This document shows positions 29,201-33,394 of a stretch of DNA of 33,394 nt, piece by piece. This DNA is from a virus (lineage: Duplodnaviria; Caudoviricetes), in IMG/VR virus record IMGVR_UViG_3300017778_007071, positions 1 through 33,394 of that record; one strand, given 5' to 3'. The notes below the pieces were generated by a model. The model saw nothing but the letters and a program-made list of their open reading frames with translations, was not told the DNA's origin and did no database searches. A program made the position numbers and the translations under genes. Every line of letters starts with the position of its first letter. The first letter of the stretch is position 1.

Positions 29201-29658
29201 CAGACGTCCTGAAGTCAGAAATTCCAGTTGACGATTCAAGATTCTCGATTGAGGTATCTGCCACCCAGGTGTTGGATGAGGATATCGCGAAGATCTTCGC
29301 AACGCTGGATGAGATGGATGACGCGATCGGCGGTGCCGAGCTTCAATTTTCTCCAGACTACCCTAACCTCGAGAACCTACGCGATGTTTACTTCAATCGT
29401 CTGACTGAGAAGATAAAGATCAAGCAGCTTTACGAATTTTTCAAATGGTTCGATACCTCGATGGGATCCCTAATCGAAAAGTTTATCCCGAGCAATACTA
29501 GATTTCTTGGATCAAACTACGTGGTGAAGCCGCATGCCCTTGAAAGAGCAAAATTCAGCTACCTTCAGAGCGGAATTTACATAGGCGAAAATGATAGGAG
29601 AGGCCTGAAGGGAACGATCAGGTTAGGTCAGGTAACGGCAACCCTCAGGAGATTTTAA
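26272..29658 (+). CDS. Large baseplate/tail protein with LamG (concanavalin-like) domains and a P2 gpI/gp7-like wedge segment
   Basis: LamG ends LSGSIDDLRIF and FSGKVSKIRFW, and LLFRFNE. Wedge-like LPYLADYYGVNL and KSRGTLHAIKSLIRAAG. Confidence 0.72.
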   Translation: MSNKLYKGNFAQNRLLKELQGDSVKLRNVVGNDAKNFIDEDQLSFRLDPPGTGLKSTQQLMLDWSNFENHTFFNSAQAKTNVAFESVFNQFPFDGDVKSINSFLDSLTGFEKYVFDSIPKSTGYLNFDSSNHINVIDSAGVLFPEMSKDRTGSPKIDPGNASMTVEMQLFVPSGSNSNQVIMQKINGTNNGFTLALSQSSAGDKCNLDFYISSGSTFMTSSLQVTKGKFSSIAAQFNRASGVDRLYLFRDGSLISSSSKSAYIGTIDFKVSPLLIGSGTNHVLGSSYTFTPAARLSGSIDDLRIFHLTRTAQQISSSMYSTVYPADGLKLLFRFNEPTGSYTNNSIVIDHSGNGLHATISNFSSNQRIPHASNPLIFEKKAFSPILFPDHPSIVTLNESLLLSASQYDQNNPNLITKLIPQHYLTREQEFYVLDSIEGGVGDSIDEGNSLPRETRLGSIQLISSLLYVWAKQFDETKCFLDHVSRLRSTDYNDVGTVSDQMLPYLADYYGVNLPNMFKGVSLPRYILGESETANTAELQLSFQTIQNTIWRRILNEFPSVMKSRGTLHAIKSLIRAAGIETDSIMKFREYGGPKSGYITTERSQRSITQGFLNFSGSLFNGTVNYDPVTGVPNNLPFVSSSYLSASRVEPGAPTVSNTVSDGLFTSGSWSYEAIYKFEPNTNHTSVQSLARLHVTGTSSPSNTHGLMTNLVLTAGSSTSSLDLYVGSDVSSSGRYLKLSLGDNNIFDGSSWHISFGRKMTENVPSSSYFVWAARANNDVSNYSITSASYFDEGTAMDTVSAYNKSGSFLCIGPQSIFEGGNKLLNNMSIPDSARETMFSGKVSKIRFWTKSLTEAELLEHARNVESLGVESPKLNYNFVTQISGSWERLRVDASCVQEITSSAASGGIRIFDYSQNNFHLTGSGFGNGEQVIENERVKSSAISMQFDEAQTSNKIRVRSYLDYDTARREGESVAPISDVLKSEIPVDDSRFSIEVSATQVLDEDIAKIFATLDEMDDAIGGAELQFSPDYPNLENLRDVYFNRLTEKIKIKQLYEFFKWFDTSMGSLIEKFIPSNTRFLGSNYVVKPHALERAKFSYLQSGIYIGENDRRGLKGTIRLGQVTATLRRF

Positions 29659-30503
29659 TGGCATCCCAAGCAGTGACTATCGGTTCGGATTCCATTTCCG
29701 GAAGTCTCCAGGGTGTGGAACTGAGAACTTTCTCTCAGGTGTACCAGGGGATGATGCCGAAGATTAGACCCTTGAACTCTCCGATCTTGATTGTTGCCGG
29801 GAAAAGAATCGACAACCTAAAGCTCTTTGACGAGAATCTGTCAACGGACGTAGGCACCAAAAAAATTGAAGAGTTTCCAAACTTTGAACGTGAGGAGCTT
29901 TCTTTCGGTATGCCGAAAGAGTTCAAAGATGAGACCATCTTCGAGGATATGGTGAGGTTCGATCCTGTCGCCTTCATACAAGACGAAGGCTCAACGCTCA
30001 TATACCCGCAGGTTCTTTGGAACCTCTCGGCGAAAGACATCGACAGCTACGACGGTGTGATTGAGCCTCTAACGATAAGATCGAGAGCATCCCGTAACTC
30101 GATTAATCTTTCGGATGAGCCCCACGACATCAGGGGTGCTCTCTCAAATGCAGGTGAGGACGTCAGGGGACGAGGAAACTTAATCGTTGATTTTGTCGTT
30201 CCGGTTGACAGGTCGGTTGAAGCTTACCTTGACGAGTGCTTTGAGCAGGATACGCTGGGGCTGCCACAACCCGGTTTCTTTTCCGAACCATCGGACACGG
30301 CCCCACCTTTTGCAGATGGAACAGATTGGGAGGACGCTGCCAGCCTATTAACTGGTGAGATCAAAAGCGTAATAATTCTAAGCCGCGAGTCGACGGAAAG
30401 TCTCTTTCCAAGAGGTAGTGTGTCAGCCCGTAGTGGGCAGTTTGTTAATCTTCAAGATTCTCCAGGAACAGATTCGATTGTGTACGCAGGGATGAAGAGA
30501 TAA
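29658..30503 (+). CDS. Hypothetical protein, probably structural
   Basis: 281-aa acidic ORF, TAATG-coupled within the baseplate/tail operon. Confidence 0.65.
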   Translation: MASQAVTIGSDSISGSLQGVELRTFSQVYQGMMPKIRPLNSPILIVAGKRIDNLKLFDENLSTDVGTKKIEEFPNFEREELSFGMPKEFKDETIFEDMVRFDPVAFIQDEGSTLIYPQVLWNLSAKDIDSYDGVIEPLTIRSRASRNSINLSDEPHDIRGALSNAGEDVRGRGNLIVDFVVPVDRSVEAYLDECFEQDTLGLPQPGFFSEPSDTAPPFADGTDWEDAASLLTGEIKSVIILSRESTESLFPRGSVSARSGQFVNLQDSPGTDSIVYAGMKR

Positions 30504-30504
30504 G

Positions 30505-32433
30505 ATGCCAAGAATAAGAGGCCAGATAACAGGTTCAGGCTTTATTTCACGATCGCCGCGCCTGCTGCTTCGTGAGCTGGACGATAATCCCGGCGCGTAT
30601 CCTACTATTCTTAGAGATGGTGACCCAACACGAACTGGCGCACTTGCTACAAGCTTTGATGACAGCTCAACGATAGTTTTTTCCGAAAACGGGAATCCTG
30701 TCTTTCCTTCGATGCTTCCTAGCGGAAGCAGCTTTAGCCCTCAGGCAGTTGATGTTATTGGTCAAGAATCTGATATTTCCGTGTCAGCCCCGATCAGATC
30801 ATTTCAGCATCCAACATATCTGCACTACTCTCCGACTGAGGCTGTTGGTCCATTTAACGAGAATCGTGTGATGCCCGCAACAGATTTCTTCCTGAGCGGA
30901 ACTGATCCTGATACTCTTCCTGGATTCACGTCACCAACAAGATCGAAAATTGCAATTGAGATTGACATAACACCGAAAAGTAATACGAGGATGATGAGAA
31001 ATGTTAACAGAAGAACTGTCGCCGAAGGAGGATCATCGATAGGCGATCAGACCGGATTCCTATACTACAACTTCGATAGAAGCGAGTGGGAGCAGATCGG
31101 TCTGAGAGACCCTGCAACTGGGGGTTCGATATATTACGATTACGCGATAGACAACGGGAGCATAAGCGGATCATTTCCTATGCAATTTACGACAACTCCA
31201 GGACTCCCTGGGCGTAGTCCACAGGAGAGGGCAAACAACGGCTACGGCAAAATAGGAACACCAACAGCTGGACTTAGAGCACCCTCAAGGACGATTTATC
31301 ATGCGACAGCATCCCAACGTCTTAGAATGTCGAATTACATCTCAGCTCCTTTTCTTCTTGAAAAAGTTCAAGTAATCTTCACGGAAGTTAGAGCACAACG
31401 TTCGCAGGGAGACGCCCCGGCGGCGCTCGCAGTCGCGCGGGGGGGAGCAAATCGTGATATAGACAATTACGTATTTTTTGCCTATCACCAGAGACACCTC
31501 GGATCAGAAAGTGACAGCTTAACCGGAGTGTCAGGATCCAGAAGGGATTTAATCTTCTCGGGATCGATGTCATTTTGGAATTCAGCGTCATTCTACGGAA
31601 GCTCAGCGAGTGAAGCGATCCTGACACACTCACCGGCTTTCGATCATAATTTTGGGTTATCATACTCAACGGGACTCCAGATAGGTCGATTCACAGGATC
31701 GATAGGTCTTGAAATTCTTCCAGCCGCGGCTGGAAGGCAGAGAAGCGGGGTGAGCCTGGTCCCGTCTTCAACAATGATTGGTGCTCTTGATCAATGGCTT
31801 GGAACTTTTTGGCCAGGAGGCACAAGCTTTAACAATTTTGAACCTGACGTTTCAAACGTTAGTTTTTTTGGAAATTTTTCTGATTTCTTCGGATGGTCTG
31901 CAAGCCCGAGCATCGATAGATTTACGCCAAATTTGAACGCAAGATCATTTCGTTCGATAGGGGGGGAGGCAGCGCCATCGCTTGCATCGGGGTCGTTGCA
32001 GGGAGTGATTTCTAGCACAGAACAGTCCTCCGTCTCTCCGTACCTTCTGCTTCCTAGCGATGAGATCATTTTTGGATTTGATGTGGGCGTTGGTCCATTC
32101 CAATTTTCAGATTCTTTCTCATCAATAACTGGATCACATTTTGAGATAGCCTCCAAACCGTGCAAGGTAGTTTTTCACGGATCACTTGTCAAAAACAACT
32201 CAGAGTTCCTGTCTTCCTTGAACCAGGATCTTTCGTCAAACTCTGTCCATGAGATAGTTGGCGCAGAGCCTGTCCTCGATCAGTTTCAGATCGAGCCGAT
32301 CTCATCCTACTACGGCTCTTACCTTGACGAGATTGTGACGGGTAGCATGGCAACTCTGAACTCAGACGGGACTACATTCACAATTTACGATCAGGACAAC
32401 TCGCGCAGGGTGATCGGAAGGAAATCAACATGA
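30505..32433 (+). CDS. Hypothetical Ser/Gly-rich protein, probably structural
   Basis: 642-aa ORF, beta-rich with many [ST]GS motifs, in the structural operon. Confidence 0.68.
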   Translation: MPRIRGQITGSGFISRSPRLLLRELDDNPGAYPTILRDGDPTRTGALATSFDDSSTIVFSENGNPVFPSMLPSGSSFSPQAVDVIGQESDISVSAPIRSFQHPTYLHYSPTEAVGPFNENRVMPATDFFLSGTDPDTLPGFTSPTRSKIAIEIDITPKSNTRMMRNVNRRTVAEGGSSIGDQTGFLYYNFDRSEWEQIGLRDPATGGSIYYDYAIDNGSISGSFPMQFTTTPGLPGRSPQERANNGYGKIGTPTAGLRAPSRTIYHATASQRLRMSNYISAPFLLEKVQVIFTEVRAQRSQGDAPAALAVARGGANRDIDNYVFFAYHQRHLGSESDSLTGVSGSRRDLIFSGSMSFWNSASFYGSSASEAILTHSPAFDHNFGLSYSTGLQIGRFTGSIGLEILPAAAGRQRSGVSLVPSSTMIGALDQWLGTFWPGGTSFNNFEPDVSNVSFFGNFSDFFGWSASPSIDRFTPNLNARSFRSIGGEAAPSLASGSLQGVISSTEQSSVSPYLLLPSDEIIFGFDVGVGPFQFSDSFSSITGSHFEIASKPCKVVFHGSLVKNNSEFLSSLNQDLSSNSVHEIVGAEPVLDQFQIEPISSYYGSYLDEIVTGSMATLNSDGTTFTIYDQDNSRRVIGRKST

Positions 32434-33394
32434 GATTTGTAAAATTTGTAGATTTCAACGAAAGGACGTTCGACAGCTGCTTACCCGAGATTGGATCGAT
32501 GCTTGATGTCGACTCCGTCCCATCACCTTACACGTTTATCGGTGACAATGTCCCAGCGTTTATCGAACCGAACGATGATTACTGGATAACAGAGGAATCC
32601 TTATCCACCAGCGTGATCACCCAGTTTCCGTTCAAGGACAATCCGGCCAGAAGAACAACACTGCCCATCGGGATCTTAAGCGCGTCAAGTGATGGTGACG
32701 GCCCGGGATTCAATCTAGCCTCCAGCCCAATCGGGATCACGGGCGTCGATCTTGAGCCCTTGACTGATATTTTCAAGGTTAGAAACACAACATTCTCTCC
32801 TGCTCCTTACAACGCGCTCTACAATATCACCGCTCCGCCGTATTACATGATCGGAAGTCGCGAGCCGATCGACTTGACCAGCAACCTCGTATCCTACTAC
32901 CGTCCTGGGTTCTTGACCGTTAGTCCGACAATTACAGCTCTTTCAAACCTCGTTTCGAACCCAGGATCGAGCACCGATCTTATCGGATTGACAGGAACAG
33001 CATCCGGCGGTCCTGCCCGCGTTCAAGGAAGTCCAGTATTCCCGGCTGTGGGGTTCACCGGTAGGGGATTCACAGCCCGCTTTAGTGTAACCGCCTCCGC
33101 TGCCAATGTCAAGCTTCTTGTCGCGAATGGAGACGCTGACGATCATAAGATGTCATCAGGGGGTGTTGATGTCCCATTCTCGATATCGGTGACATTCAAT
33201 CTGAGTGAGGTTTCAACCGCTGATCAGTTCCTCATCTGCAGACGACGCGGTTGGGCAGCTGGCACGGCTGCAACTCGAAATTTCGAGTACAGCATTCACG
33301 TCGACAGCGCCGGCGCAGTTCATTTTAGAAAGGGCAGAAGTTCCCCTGACGTAAGTAATTTTCTAAAAGCGTCAACACCATCAAGCGTGATATC
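32430..33394 (+). CDS. Partial structural protein running off the window, with the start of a LamG-like domain (not in the supplied ORF track)
   Basis: ATG 32430 overlaps the upstream TGA. Manual translation MRFVKFVDFNERTFDSCLPEIG... stays open to the end and includes PFSISVTFNL...QFLICRR...EYSIHVDSAGAVHF. Confidence 0.8.
   Translation, partial: MRFVKFVDFNERTFDSCLPEIGSMLDVDSVPSPYTFIGDNVPAFIEPNDDYWITEESLSTSVITQFPFKDNPARRTTLPIGILSASSDGDGPGFNLASSPIGITGVDLEPLTDIFKVRNTTFSPAPYNALYNITAPPYYMIGSREPIDLTSNLVSYYRPGFLTVSPTITALSNLVSNPGSSTDLIGLTGTASGGPARVQGSPVFPAVGFTGRGFTARFSVTASAANVKLLVANGDADDHKMSSGGVDVPFSISVTFNLSEVSTADQFLICRRRGWAAGTAATRNFEYSIHVDSAGAVHFRKGRSSPDVSNFLKASTPSSVI

Larger units (their letters stand above)
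1..33394 (+). mobile_element. Segment of a large (jumbo-like) tailed phage genome with a contractile tail
   Basis: gp25-like, gp6/J-like and gp5-like baseplate genes, a sigma-like gene and a solo Cas4-like nuclease. Coding is single-strand and tightly overlapping. No bacterial housekeeping or transport genes are visible. Confidence 0.88.

Noticed and set aside
20749-29658. Bacterial T6SS or eCIS (Afp/PVC) locus
   Set aside because: No Tss membrane complex, ClpV or Afp15-like ATPase is visible. The long gp6-type wedge, sigma-like gene and solo Cas4 fit a phage better, although sheath, capsid and terminase lie outside the window.
661-33146. The many other short overlapping ORFs in the supplied track (60-154 aa, either strand)
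   Set aside because: They lie within longer, motif-supported + strand genes and show no independent coding signal.
1-33394. Stop-codon reassignment, as in some jumbo phages
   Set aside because: Code 11 gives full-length genes at high density, and TAA, TAG and TGA all end genes at sensible coupled boundaries.

Overview
The window looks like part of a large myovirus-type (jumbo) phage genome: dense, all on the + strand, standard genetic code, with many overlapping start/stop codons. It has four parts. (1) Positions 1-291 hold the tail end of a Ser/Gly-rich virion-fibre-like gene that seems to break off abruptly, followed by a ~270 bp structured non-coding gap. (2) Positions 559-19383 form a ~19 kb, 20-gene glycan island: about 10 clear or putative soluble glycosyltransferases (GT2, GT4, GT10, unclassified GT-A), an FkbM-methyltransferase/GT10 fusion, a second SAM methyltransferase, a split transketolase pair, gmd and fcl (GDP-fucose), a short UDP-glucose dehydrogenase, two SDR epimerase/decarboxylases and glf, with a Cas4-like nuclease embedded. 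(3) A membrane protein, a phage sigma-factor-like gene and a small helical protein follow. (4) Positions 20749-end are a contractile-tail baseplate module (gp5/VgrG-like, gp25, gp6/J, DNRLRE-like, LamG-bearing wedge, and further structural ORFs). No flippase, polymerase or initiating transferase is present in the window, and the outer structural proteins are strongly enriched in an [S/T]-G-S tripeptide. My main hypothesis is a phage-encoded system that glycosylates its own virion with a complex, methylated, fucose/Galf/branched-sugar glycan, possibly at an [S/T]GS sequon. All family calls come from motif recognition by eye, not database searches.
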